From: Octopus bimaculoides
Lineage: Eukaryota
Assembly: GCF_001194135.2 (NCBI RefSeq)
Contig: NC_068989.1
Location: 19,783,616-19,840,418 of the forward strand
DNA length: 56,803 nt
Reading direction: 5' to 3'
The notes beneath the pieces were generated by a model. The model ran no database searches and was not told where the DNA came from. It saw only the letters and a list, made by a program, of their open reading frames with translations. Made by a program: the position numbers and the translations under genes. The first letter of the stretch is position 1, and every line of letters starts with the position of its first letter. Positions 25,641-39,070 of the stretch are shown here, one piece after another.

Positions 25641-28624
25641 GTAAGGTTCCTTAAATGGTGTTATTTGTTTCCAGTTACTTGTATAAAACCTATATCCTTG
25701 TAAGTTGTGTAATGGACTTGGGGATTATTAACTCACTGGGAGAGAAGTAGAAGTCAGAAACAAAAAGACTTTCCCATCACAGACATTTATTTAGCATCCC
25801 TCAAAGCAAAGAATAGTTTCAATAAATCAAGAATTTATCTTGTATACTATCAAATATACCTTTAATTCATCTGTTGTCCAAATTCAATTCTCTTAGGTAA
25901 TTTTTGTTTTAATTATGCAAATTACCCTAAGCCATAAATGTTCTGTACTCTTTTTGTGTATGCCTAAATCTTATGGCTGTTTGAGTCGAAGTAGGACAAC
26001 TGCTGTGCTGATGATTCCCAATGAGGCAAAAACACGTGCCCAAGGCTGTCTGCTTATCTTCAGAGAAAGCAGTCTTTTAATAGTATGTCAAGTTTTGAGA
26101 TTACCTTCCTCTCTAATTCAGAGTTTAGTCATTTTGTTTTAGTTATGCAATAAATAATGTATGGCAGATATGGTACAGTACCAGATAAAATGCCTTGCAT
26201 AATTCCATCATGTTCGACTAAGCTTTTCATTCTTTGAAGGTTGATACAATAAATATCAGTTAAATACTGGAGTTGATTTAAGTAATTATACTACTACCCT
26301 GTTAGTTGTCATTTTGTGTTAAGGTAAGAAAAAAAAAAAAAAATTTAAGGTGGCACACTGGCAGAATCATTTGAGCATTTGAAGAAATATCTTACTCTAT
26401 TTGTTCCAGCTCGTTACCTTCTGAGTTCAAATCCCACTAAGGATAACTTTACCTTTCATCTTTTGGCATCACCAGAATTGATGGTTCTAACTAGTCCCGT
26501 CCCTCTCCTTTCAAAATTGCTGGTCCATTTCGTAAATAATAATTATTATTATGAACTGTATTAGCCCTACCAAATCACTCCTACAATATATGCCATAGAA
26601 TCTCCCATAACTAGACACCAATATCTAAGCATTATCTAAGCCTGATTAGGTTACCCACGAAGTAAACTAAAGAATATCAATGTAAGTGATCCCTACAAAC
26701 TATGAATCCACAAATACTTTCCACTTTACAAGAATGAAGGACAGCTCAGAGTGAGACTAAGATATAACAAATTCACTATCAAGCATAACAAATGTTTATT
26801 TCCATCATCAGCTGCCAAATGGATATCACTATGGTTTCAGCACCTTGGCAGTACCATTCAATTTAGCAGTGTCAAGAGCGTTACAAATATAAATGCTGCT
26901 TGGGAATCCATCAGCTTATTACTATAACTAACAACATCAAAGTAAACAAATAGTGAGAACTTATTGCTACAAAACATGACATTCAGACAATACAACAAAC
27001 AGAGAAAAGTAAAATGACTTAAATCAGTTCCAGTACTTAACTGATATATGTGCTGCAGTGACCTCACACTGACATTCATCTACCTTTAAATGTTAACCAT
27101 TTTCAGTGATGAAGCAACATTATTGTAATGAGATCAATCTTAAAACAAGGGAGTTTATATAGAACAAATTTAAGACTGCTGCATAATTGAATGTGTATGG
27201 GTGGTGAAGGAGGAAGTGTTCAAATTATGCTGAGGAACCAAGAATTGAAGGTGTTATTTTGTTAGGTCACTGGGAAGGAGTTCATAGATATGTGCATGTG
27301 TGTGTGTGTGTGTATATATACACACACATACCATCGACTCTTAAGTTTTTGGTGTTGTCTTAGGGTTAGTGCCATGACATACAATATATCTTGGGCATTT
27401 TAGACCTGGTAGAGCTCATCCCTCTCCAAGTATGACTCACAACACATTTCTTCCAAGAGGGAAGAAAGAGAAGAATCAATACCATTACAAGACTGGTGCA
27501 TTATTGACCCCTAAACGATGAAAAGCAAAGTTAATTTTGGTGGGATTTGAACTCATACAGCAGAGCCAGAATGATTGCCACAAAGCAATCTATTCAACTC
27601 TCTAATAACCCTGCCAATTGGGTGCAAATGTGTCATCATTGTCACCTGTCATTTTAACATCCAGTTTTCCATGCTTGCATGAGTTAGATGGAATTTACTG
27701 AGGCAAGATTTCTGTAGCTGGATGCTCTTCTTGTTGTCAATCAACTATTACCTGTATCCAATTTGTCATTGGTGGCCATATTTACAGAGAAAATTAGCAA
27801 CAAACACCATGTGTGTGCATTTGAAAGCATATATCTAACTTTTAGAAATTCATTTATATTAGTAACAGTAAGCAAGCATTATCCACTTCTAAATGTTACT
27901 AAACATGCCATCTAATGCAATTATGTTTGTATATATGTATATGATGTGTTCTTTCTAAAGTGTACTGCATTTTTTAATAGTTCACCTGCACAGACAGGGT
28001 TAAAGCAACTTACAACAAATCTTTCAGCCAGTGAACAAGACAGGTATGTGGTACAACTGAATGAAATACTCCACCTAACAAGTTTGTGGTGCTTCTTAAT
28101 TCAGTGGGTTGCTACAGATTTTTTACTGAGGGTGGGAATGTAGTTCACATAGATATTTTACTGTAAACTTGGCAACTAGGTTTCTTTACTTGGAGCTTAT
28201 ATGAGGCTATTGTATTTTTCTAGCCAGGTTAGAAAAAGAAAGTGTTTTATTAGTGAAAGTGTGTGTGTGTGTGTGCGTGCGAAATAAGCTAATGAAATCA
28301 TTTTGCTTATTTGTATGTCTTGTAGAAGCAACTACAAAAGCAAACTGTAGTTTCTCTTTTGGTAGTGCCAAAACACTTAGAGCAGTTCTAGAACAGGTCT
28401 AAAACTTTATATTTTGGGTGAAGCCAATGTGAAAAAGGGATAACAATGCTGATATTACTTTGTTAAAGAGTCAGATTTCATATATAAATTTTTTTTCTTT
28501 TTTTCTCCCTCATTCTTTTTAAAGGTTTTAATGCACTTTCACACACTCTCTCTCTCTCTTTATCAGTTTCTGCTTTTGCAAAAATCAACCCCCTTATTTC
28601 CCTAACAAAAGGGGTCATACTTAC

Positions 28625-28645
28625 ACATTCTCTCGAAGAAAGATC
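28625..28645 (-). CDS. NRBP1: Candidate 21-nt alternative microexon of NRBP (adds G-S-F-F-E-R-M-F in phase 1)
   Basis: ctcattctctttacccccacag|GATCTTTCTTCGAGAGAATGT|gtaagt; strong splice sites, frame-preserving, stop-free; FERMFA resembles the recalled vertebrate FHRIFA insert. Confidence 0.6.
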
Positions 28646-29832
28646 CTGTGGGGGTAAAGAGAATGAGTTCATTTGGTCTGCCAAGCTTGAAGCTCATTTT
28701 ACTTTTTTTTTTTTTTTGGTATTTATATTTAATTACAAAATAAAACAAATAAAAAACAAACATAAACAAACAAAAATAAAAATAAAAGCAACACCATATA
28801 TATATATGTATATATANNNNNNNNNNNNNNNNNNNNNNNNNNNNNNNNNNNNNNNNNNNNNNNNNNNNNNNNNNNNNNNNNNNNNNNNNNNNNNNNNNNN
28901 NNNNNNNNNNNNNNNNNNNNNNNNNNNNNNNNNNNNNNNNNNNNNNNNNNNNNNNNNNNNNNNNNNNNNNNNNNNNNNNNNNNNNNNNNNNNNNNNNNNN
29001 NNNNNNNNNNNNNNNNNNNNNNNNNNNNNNNNNNNNNNNNNNNNNNNNNNNNNNNNNNNNNNAAAAAAAAAAAAAAAAGAGAAAAGAAGCAAAATAAATA
29101 TAAAGAAAAGGAATCAAATTAAAATAAATACATTAAAATGTGTTGTCCCCATAAACTATATTGTTAGCTGGTGCTACTTATACAAATATACATATAATGA
29201 TGATGGATATAGTAATAATAATAATAATAATAATAATGTTTAACATAGGCACATGGCAAAAAATCTGCAAGAAGGGTACAATTGATTACTTGAATGTTCA
29301 AGTAATTGACTGCTCTACCGGTCAGTTGGCTCATACATTATTTTATCAAAGCAGGGTTTATACTCAAAACATACAGAAATGTACCTAAATACCATGTCAC
29401 ATACTGGCTAGGATTTACTGTATCCTGTAATCCTCACCCCACCACCAAATAACAAGGATTTCTACAAGCAAAGAAGAGAACATCTATGAGGTCACATGAC
29501 CAGCAAAGAAAGTCAAATTCCCTTGAGAAAGGAAAGAGTAATACAAAAATGCAATCCAATACACTATAAATAGAGGGCTACTATGCCTTTGATCACTGGT
29601 TTTCTCAGTAAGAGTTAACCTGGGGTTAAACAGCAATAACATAAAGATCTTGAAAATAGGCAGGCACAAGGCTATATAGTTTTATAGAGGAGAGGTTTAA
29701 TCTCAAATCCAATACTGGACTGATCCGTGTATTATCATTTATTAACCCTGGAAAGATGAAAGCAGATATCCTGGTGGGATATGAACTGAGCATGTAAAAG
29801 ACAAGGATGTAACTGAATAGTTCACGTATTAA

Positions 29833-30043
29833 CCCTTCAGCATTCGGATTACTTTATCAACTGTAAAGCTTATTTATTCACATTGTTTTGAATCAATCAT
29901 GCATTATCGTGCAGCTTCAAGATTTTGTCGATGCTATTGTTTATTTTTAGAATGACATTGCAGGGTAGGTTTGGGAGGCCAGATCTGAACATAAAACAGG
30001 TAAGGTATTTGGGCCAGATATGACCGGTTTAAATGCTAAAGGG
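29833..30043 (+). mobile_element. piggyBac-type MITE
   Basis: ttaa|CCCTTCAGCATT...AATGCTAAAGGG. Confidence 0.8.
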
Positions 30044-30351
30044 CTATTTCGAGCACTCTGTCATTTGTGCCATTCTACCAATGACTAAACAAAAAGTTAT
30101 CAAACACACAAGTGTCACCAAGTTGCATAAAACACAATGTCTACTAGCAACTGCCTTACTAGTGAATTGTCTTCATTATAAAACCCACCCCACCCTACCC
30201 ATAACTCTTTACATTATTGTGTGATTGCAAGCATTTTGCTAGCCACCATAGTTTGGCTTTGTTTACTTGTTTCCTTCATAAAAATAATCTTCACTTGTCA
30301 TTTGATAGAATATACCAAATAATGAGAATAAAAAAATGAAGTGAATAATAA

Positions 30352-30770
30352 TAATATTTTCTACTGCAGGTACAAGGCCTGAAATTTTGGGGAATGGGAA
30401 AAATCATTACACTGACCCCAGTGCTTAACTGGTACTTATTTTATCGTCTCCTGAAAGAATGAAAAGTAGAATTTTAACTCAGAATGTAAAGATAGACAAA
30501 ATTCCACTATGGCATGCTAATGGTTCTGCCATTATTATTGTTATTAAAGGCAGCGAGTTGGCAGAATCGTTACTGCGCTGAACGAAATGCCTAGTGGTAT
30601 TTCGTCTGTCTTTACGTTCTGAGTTCAAATACTGCCGAAGTCAACCTTGCCTTTCATCCTTTCAGGGTCGATAAATTAAGTACCAGTTGTGTACTGGGAT
30701 TGATCTAATCAACTGGTCCCCTCCCCCCAAATTTCAGGCCTTGTGCCTATAATAGAAAGGGCTATTATTT
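30352..30770. mobile_element. Head-to-head pair of tRNA-derived SINEs, family C
   Basis: Minus copy 30352-30531; plus copy 30547-30770 (aaggcagcgagttggcagaatcgtt...gttctgagttcaaat...tttcaggccttgtgcct). Confidence 0.8.
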
Positions 30771-31539
30771 TTAATATCACCACAAAGGCACTGGATGAAG
30801 GAGATATCACAGGGATAAGTGACAAAACAAAAAGTAAAAGGGAGTTTACATTGAAATCAAATAAAATGAGATGAAAGATAATGACATAGACAGCAAATAA
30901 GATATGGTTGATGAGAAAGACTGTCAATAAAGGAACTCTACAGATCCAAGAGTACCCTGACTGAGTACAAAGAGTAAGTTCCCTCCCCCAGCAATATTTT
31001 TGACCTCCTGACCCAGGATTGCAGCCCCATCACCATCCACAAATCTCTGCAGCTGTTGCTGCCAGTACCAAACGCATTGGCTACTGATTGACAGCCTGGC
31101 CAGTCAAACATGTTCCTTTTACAAGGAGTGAAAGAGTTGTCAAACATACACAATACAGAAATACAAGTCATCAAATGAGCTTCAGTAAGGTCATTAAAAT
31201 TAGCAACTAAGTCTCCCTTGGTTTGCATAGAAAGAGTAAGAGGAATATATTGGATGACATGGTCCTTGATGTACTATGTCTGAAAACAAGATGGATATGG
31301 TAATGTTTGGGATGCTTTAGATCAGAGGCCAACTTGATTAAGGGGCTAAAAGAAACAACAGCAACAACAATAAAAATATTTTATAAACACATTGAAATGA
31401 AGTCCATCTAGCTGATTAAAAAAAACCTTCACTGCAACCATCTGGTCAATAATGTGTCGTGTCCTCTCTGTCTCTTTTTTTCTGCTACTACAACTACTGC
31501 TCCTTTGAGCCAGTTTGTTGAGTACTATCACTGTTAAAA

Positions 31540-31860
31540 TCTGTGCCGATAGCACGTTAAAAGCACCATTCAAGTATAGCCAATGCCAGTGTCACCTGAC
31601 TGGTACCCATGGCGGTGGCACGTAAAAAGCACCATTTGAGCATAGCTGATGCCAGTGGTGTCCGAGTGGTACCTGTGCTAGTGGCATGTAAAAAGCACCC
31701 ACCACACCCTTGGAGAAGTTGATGTTAGGAAGGGCATCCAGCTGCAGAAACCTTGCCAAATCAGATTGGAGCCTGGTACAGCCTCCTGGCTTACCAGTTC
31801 TCAGTCAAACCATCCAACCCATGTCAGCAGAGAAAGCAAATGTTAAACAATGATGATTAT
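31540..31860 (+). mobile_element. Family B repeat
   Basis: gtggcacgtaaaaagcacc...aggaagggcatccagctgcagaaac...aaatgttaaacaatgatgat. Confidence 0.8.
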
Positions 31861-32934
31861 GAGGATCATTCAAAATCTTCTACTAAGTATTTTACTAAAT
31901 CATTTCTCCTCAGAGCTTCAATCTTCTGTAAATCACCCCTTATTCGATTTTTTTTTTGTACTGTGAAGTCCAAGTCAGCTATCAACTGCACTGACCTATT
32001 GGAGAAGCATACAAAGGATATGGGAATGGCCCTTCTTGTAATGAAAAACTAATGTCTAAACCATTATAAGGACCAAAAGAAAACATTACAGACCAGGAGG
32101 CAGTTTTTGTTATTAATCTCAATAAAATAAATCCTGAGAAAAAATACAATGAACTCAGACATGTTGAATAAACAACAGGAATACTGCTATAATAAACATT
32201 ATTATCGATGAGCAGAATACAAGTGATAGCAAGAGGTGAAATCCAACAGAAACCTTAGATTCTATAAACAGTGATTGATATAATAAAATAACAAAACACA
32301 TCCAAGTAGAAGCTGAAATTAGACACCAAACAATGAATCTAGCCTTTGAAATTTAAAAACAATAAGGAAGATGGTGACAATGGCGGTGACCAGTGACTAT
32401 GATAATGATGATAGTAATAATGATGGTGATGATAATGACGCTATCTTGTGATGACGTTAGAGGAAAGATGATGGAGAAATAGATACAGTGCTTTCTTTTA
32501 ATAATTAGTAACCTTGGCAACCATATTCTTGTCCAGTAGTGGATTGTCAGGAGTACCACATCTTAGAGTGAAATGACAAGTTATTAAAGAGAGATGTATT
32601 TCTCATTAGCAGGATCACATTCTTAAAGCACTCACATGCATGATAGACAGTGCAAGTGTGTGCAATAATATTAGTAAAAACTTAATTATTCAGTTGCTGT
32701 CTACCAAATTTCACTCACAAAGCATTGGTCAGCCTGAAAGTAGACACTTGCTCAAGTACCATGTAGTAGGATGGACCACAAAAACCACATGGCTGAGAAC
32801 CAAGCTGCTTAACCACACAGCCATACCTACAGCTATCATATGCAAGTGTGTATGCACACAGGTGTGGGTTTTGGGATGTATGTTTCTGCATGTCCTTCAC
32901 ACTGTCTCAGAGTGAGCAGAAAGTGGTTGCAAAG

Positions 32935-33290
32935 TTTACATCTCAAGCAAACAATATTTCCCTTGGCTTGCTTGAAGGGTTTGTAGTCGAACAAATTTTA
33001 AAGCCTAGTACTTATTCTATTGGCCTCTCTTGCCAAACTTAAGTTATGAGCATGTAAACACACCGACACTGGTTGTCAAGTGGTGATGGGGGTAGACAAA
33101 CACAGACATGCACACAGATACATACATATATATATACACACACACACACACGCAATGGACTTCTTTCAGTTTCTGTCTACCAAATCCATAAACAAGGCTT
33201 TGGTTGGCCCAAGGTGCCACACAGTGGGACTGAACCTGGAACTATGTGGTTGGGAAGCAAGCTTCTTACCACACAGCCATGCCTGTGCCT
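32935..33290 (-). mobile_element. tRNA-derived SINE, family A (an additional fragment at 32690-32830)
   Basis: cccaaggtgccacacagtgggactgaacc...cttaccacacagccatgcctgtgcc. Confidence 0.8.
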
Positions 33291-36200
33291 ATATTGTTAT
33301 TATTTCATTTAAAATCTATAGAACACAGTTAATACATTGGGGAACATTTTCCGCCAACAATGTGAAATTGCTTCAGCATTTGGCAAATAAAAGCAATAAA
33401 TTGAAAAGATAATCAAGAATTGACAAATTTGTGGCTGAGTATTCCTATGTGTTTCACCATGATAAAATGCACCAGTGCACTCTGTATAGTAGTTGATAAT
33501 AGGAAGGGCATCCGGTCATAGAAAATATTCCATAATTGGAACATATATGCAAGACATGGTTCTTGATCCTTCTAAGAGAGCAGTAACTCCAAAGAAGAGC
33601 TGTCTCAGTCTGTGTTGACTTATCCAACACATGCTAGCATGAAAAAGTAGCCATAAAAATAATGATGAGATCATGGCGCCTGTACTAGGGAGGTTGTCAT
33701 AGTCATTTGTACTCATTGTCTCCCTTCATTTGCTAACCAGTTTACAGAGTGTACTGGTGAATTTTATGCCATCAACATTAAAGAGGTTATCGTGCCCCTT
33801 GTTAAACAAAATATCTTCTCTACCCTACACTGTCACAATCCAATTGTCCGCCAGCACTAGAGGGTTGCTGCGTCCAGTTACCAACAGATAGAAGAGACAG
33901 CAATGAAAGAGAGTGATAGACATTTACATGATGGCTGTTAATAAGGAATTGGTAGAAAGGTAGGACGACAGTGACAGAAGAAAGACTACTGGAATTGAAA
34001 GATGGGAGCGATATATATATATATATATATATATGTCAGATAGAGAGAGGACTGATGCCAAGTATGAGCAAAGTGAGCATGATGGATAGTAATAAAGATA
34101 ACTAATTGTAAAGGAATGTTTGTGTGTGTGTGTGCATGTGTTTGTGTGTGCATGTGTTTGTAATATGTACATGCATGTATATGATTAACGAGTTTAACAT
34201 TTTCCAAAGGATATTTTTCATGGCATCCAGTTAAGCATTGAAAATATGATATACAAGGTCGCAGTATTTCCATTTTGAAGTCCTGTTTCATTGCCAAAAT
34301 ATGCATATAGCACGCATATACACACATGGATTTTAGGGAGTGTAGACACAAAGTAATTTTGTAAGGAAGTGAGTATAGTCAGCTGCATTGACCCCGTTAT
34401 TCTATTGAGCCAGAAGATTTTCAGTAAGGAAGATTCAAATCTGGCAATATTTCAATATTAATGTATGTGCTATGTGTAATGGGGAGAGTGTGTATATACA
34501 TGCATACAAGCTCAAATATGCACACGCACACACGCAGACTCTCTCTGTCTGTCTCTCTCTCTCTCAAACACACAGATATGCGTAAATTTGTAATAAGTTG
34601 ATACATTAGTCTTGTACTTATTTGCTGTCAATAGTGTTTCTGTAGTTAAATAATTTAGTAAAAAAATAAAAAAAGTCTTCTACAAAATAGGAGGAATGAA
34701 ATTTGACTCTAGTACGATGATGTCCAATATCTACCCCTAAATGGCAGAAAAAAGATTAATTAAAACCCAAAAACTGTGATATGTATATCAGAGATGGACA
34801 TTCGGGTATTCCTATGACATACTGAGTGCTTTTAGTTATAATAAATGCTACTGAAAGTATATATGTGTGTGTTTATGTAGAAAGGTTGAGTGTAAGACCT
34901 AGACCAAGCAAAAACAGCAGAGATCCAGTTAACAATGTTGTCCCAAACGTAACATGTATATATGCAAACAAGTAAATGTCAAAATCACAATTTATGTGAA
35001 GGCCAAGGTTGAAATTTCTGAGTTTACTTCCTCCTCCAAACATTCCAGATACTCTCACATAGCAAACAAACATTGAAGAATTGCTGTAGCAACAAAATAG
35101 AAGCATATAAGCAGCCATGCTATACAAAGTGCAATTACTCACCCATTTGCAGAGAGACACAGAGAGACCATCACAATCTTTACTATTATTATTAACATTA
35201 TGACTACTACAACTACTATTACAACTACCACATCACAAAAAGCAGCATAATGGTTAAACAGTTATTCTTTACCCTTCTGGATCTTTAAAATTTTTTTAAA
35301 ATTCAGAATATTTTCAGGACCAAACTTCCCTCAAACACCATATAAACATTAATACAGGCACAATGCCTGTAATTTTGAGTGGAAGGGGCTAACTTCATTG
35401 GCACATGATTTTATCATCAACTTCCTGGAGGAATAAAAGGCAAAGTTGATCCTGGCAATATTTGAACTCAGAATGTAAAAGAGCCAGAATAAATAGAGCA
35501 AGGCATTTTGCAAGACATTCTAATGATTTTGCCAATGCACCATCATCTCAAACATCATATAAATTAGATTTCCTGATTCTTAAATTTACAGGCTCATCTG
35601 TGTGTTTGAGAACATTTAAAGAAATATTTACATTTGTAATGTTGTTAAAATTTATTTTACTTTTAGTTTATAAGAAACCCTCAATGAAATTGAAGTAGTC
35701 TGTCAATATTACAGTTCTAATAACCAGCAAACCCACAGGTTTTATGAAATGTGTGTGTGTGAGTGTTTTGTTGGTTGAAAATGAGCACTATGAGAATAGG
35801 AGGGGAAAAAAAAAGAAGCATCTTGAGTTGCCAAAATGATAAACAATTAAAGAACACAAAATCTTTCAGTTTGAAAAAAAAAAAAAAAAAAAAATCAGTA
35901 AAAGCAGGCAAACTTAACAAATGCAGAGTAAGAGACATGGCGCAGTATTTAAAGACCAATTTCTTTCAAAGAATGCAACAGTAAAAAACTGTATCAAGTT
36001 CATATCCAGAAGCAAGTTAAAAAGCAAGATATGTGACATGGAGGCAGTATTGCTACAATAGCACAATATGATATTGGTAGCAATTTCATCTTTCAGAAGG
36101 AAATGTATAAAGAGCAGCCAGAAATTTATACAATATATATATTATATACATATATATATACCCATACATACATATACATATATATATATATATGAGGGAA

Positions 36201-37161
36201 ACAAATGTGGAAAAAAAAATAAAACTGGTGCCAGGGTGGTCTTAAGGGGAAAAAAAGGTGGAAAAATATCACAAACAGGAAAAATTTAAGTAAAAATTTA
36301 ATGCAAGAAAGTTTCCAAAACAAAACCCAGTAGAAACCCACCAGTTCTGAACAGATGGATAATACCACAGGAAACCATGACTGATGTCACCAGTGCTGAA
36401 ATAAAAGCAAGTACTGAAAGTAAACGGGCCTTAAGGTGGGGGTAGTGGGAGTTTACAGGCAGGTTTATTTGCATGTGATGTGTGTGTGTGTGTTAAAGGA
36501 TGCATTGTGTGTACATGTAGCACAGCCAGTAGTACATCCAGCTGCCATTAATTGTTGTAGGTTTATATGTAGTAGCAAATAGATATAGATGCTCTCTGGA
36601 CACCCACTCACTCTTGACCTAGCAGCAAACCCAAACCCAGGACGTGACAGCTGGAGGACAAGAGTGACAGAGAGAGAGAGAAAGAGCAGAATCAGTACCT
36701 GACTGGTACTCATTTACAGCTAAGCAGACAAGAGTGACATGAAATGAAGTGCCTTGCTCAAAGACACAACACAACTCCTGCTTCATGACTATAAGGTTGA
36801 AACCAAGAACCTTATGGTCATGAGTCAAACATCTTTAACCACATACCTTCACATGTGTGTGTGTGTGTGTGTGTGTGTATGTGAGTGTGTGTGAAAATAC
36901 ATACAGTCACTATTTGTAATATATTACATATAGTGACTCAAAAAGATTTGCCAGTCACCAAGGGACATCTTACTCTACTACAATGATGACGGATGATGAT
37001 GATGACAACTATGCAAATATGAATGGAGACTTGTTTCCAAAAGGCAAATCTGCTTAAAAACACAACTTTTGATTTTATTGCTTAAAAGTCAGATAAAATC
37101 ACACACGACAAAACATTTATCATAAGTTTTGTAAATATACTGTCACCATATTTGATTATTG

Positions 37162-37223
37162 AGGTACCACTAAAGCCTGTTGCTCTCCATTTAGATGGAG
37201 GGCAACAGGCTTCAGTGGTACCT
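37162..37223. repeat. Near-perfect 29-bp hairpin, loop TTAG
   Basis: aggtaccactaaagcctgttgctctccat-ttag-atggagggcaacaggcttcagtggtacct; 2 non-Watson-Crick pairs. Confidence 0.9.
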
Positions 37224-37239
37224 TATGCACCCTAAGAAA

Positions 37240-38290
37240 TTTGGTGAATGCAATGTTGTTGCCCTCAAGATGTGCAAAACTTTTAACCATGTCTGACATG
37301 TAAATCTCCTATTGAAACTACCCATCTAGGCACTTCATTTGTCTCTCATCTCTTTGATTGGTAGCTTCCTTATCAGACAATTCTCTTGTGGCATTTGTTG
37401 ATGGAGTTCTCTTTATCTCTCATTCTATCAACTCTGGCATGCTCCACAGTTCAATCCCCACCAACTATCTTCTATACACCAATAACTTGATATCGCACCC
37501 AACAATACTCACTCTTACAGATGGCACTGCCCGTTATTCTTCCCTAACCTTAACACCATAGTCCAAACACACACTGACTCCATGAGCAGAGACTTCAAAA
37601 ACAACCTCTAAAGTGGGCATACCAATCAAGGAAACATCATTGCATCCCATCCCCTTAAACCTGTGTAGTAGGCAACGAGGATCTATATTATTCCAAATGT
37701 TGAACCTCACTGTTACTGGGAATCTCTTTCGGTGAGAGTACATCTGTAACATAGCATGGATTACATCCCAATGACTAGCTGTCTTGAGGACCAGAGATAC
37801 TTTAGCTCCCCCACCCTATAATTAGTAACATTCTATAAAGTCCAGGGAGACCCTCAATAGCATAATGGTTTTGCACCTGGTGTTATTACTGCTGCACACA
37901 TAATCACAGACCACATCCAGAAAAATGACACCCAACTGATTGGCATAAAGTCACTCAGTGGCTTAGTCTTCTCACACCTTCTCTTTCTCTCTCTCTCTGC
38001 CTGCCTTTTCTATCACTATTATAATGCACTTTGCTTCTCGGAGCCGACTGAGCTCATGTCTCCTCTCAGGCACTCCCAACCTACTCATCTCTTTCTCTCA
38101 TCACCGTTGTTGAGTCTACATTCTCCAGGCCTCACACTAATAACTATGCCTAGTCCTTTCTTCCCAAATCATTAACCCTCTGAAATTTCCTTTTCTGATC
38201 ATGTCTTTTCCACAGGTGTTGACTTGCAAAGGTTCAAGAGGGACATTAATGAAATCAATCTCATTGGTCCAAGATGGCCTTGAAAGGCCA
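37240..38290 (+). mobile_element. Decayed CR1/L2-like LINE fragment (RT domain to C-terminus)
   Basis: ALKMCKTFNHV*HVNLLLKL...LIGSFLSDNS...VDG...INSGMLHSSI...YLLYTNNL resembles the RT ALDISKAFDRVWH...GVPQGS...LFLLYINDL segment; ends LQRFKRDINEINL. Confidence 0.65.
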
Positions 38291-38879
38291 TGGGCATCAT
38301 CCCCTTCCTCTTGACTCAGCAAGTTACAGGAAAAAAAGGAAAGAAAAGAAAAAAACAGCATTGTACTTGATTACAATGATATAGTGCAGTGTTGTATGTT
38401 GTCTTGCTGTGGTTTAACCTTAACTCAGCTCTGATCAATGAGTAGCCACAGATATTTTTAAATTGGTAAAATCCTCAGATTAGCTTTTTATATAAAGGTT
38501 GACAGAACTGTGTGTCTTAGTAATGGACACTGCACCATGCTGGTAGACTGGTCCACAACAAAGACCAGTTATGACTCAACTCAATATCAAATGGCAGTAA
38601 AAGATTTGCTTCAACAGTTCATGGAAAAATCTGAATTTGCAGAATGACCAAAGCCATGTTGGCTTAGAAAATAGATTAAAAAATAGTTCAGACGAAGAAA
38701 GTATATCGATCACTGATGTATATTAGGAGAAATATTACATATTTATAATATTGATTTTGCTGTACTATCCTCACTGCCAAAACTGTGTGAGTAAATGAGA
38801 AATCTTTATGCAGTTGTTCTCCTGCTAGAAATAATGGAAAAATCTCATATCCTGTTGTCTTAAAAGTGGAATGAATAAC

Positions 38880-39070
38880 AATGTTATCATCACCATTTAA
38901 TGTCTGCTTTCCATACTGGCATGGGAAGGACAATTTGACCAGAGCTGGCAAGCTGGACTTGGTTTCTTACGGCTGGATACCCTTCCTAATGCTGACCACT
39001 TTACAGAGTGTGCTGAATGCATTTTATGTGGTCCAGCATGGATGCTTCTTAGATGGCAATGGCACGTAAA
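38880..39070 (-). mobile_element. Decayed family B copy (similar relics near 6655, 6990, 27655, 33495, 41620 and 52070)
   Basis: catttaatgtctgctttccatactggcatggg...ggatacccttcctaatgc. Confidence 0.6.
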
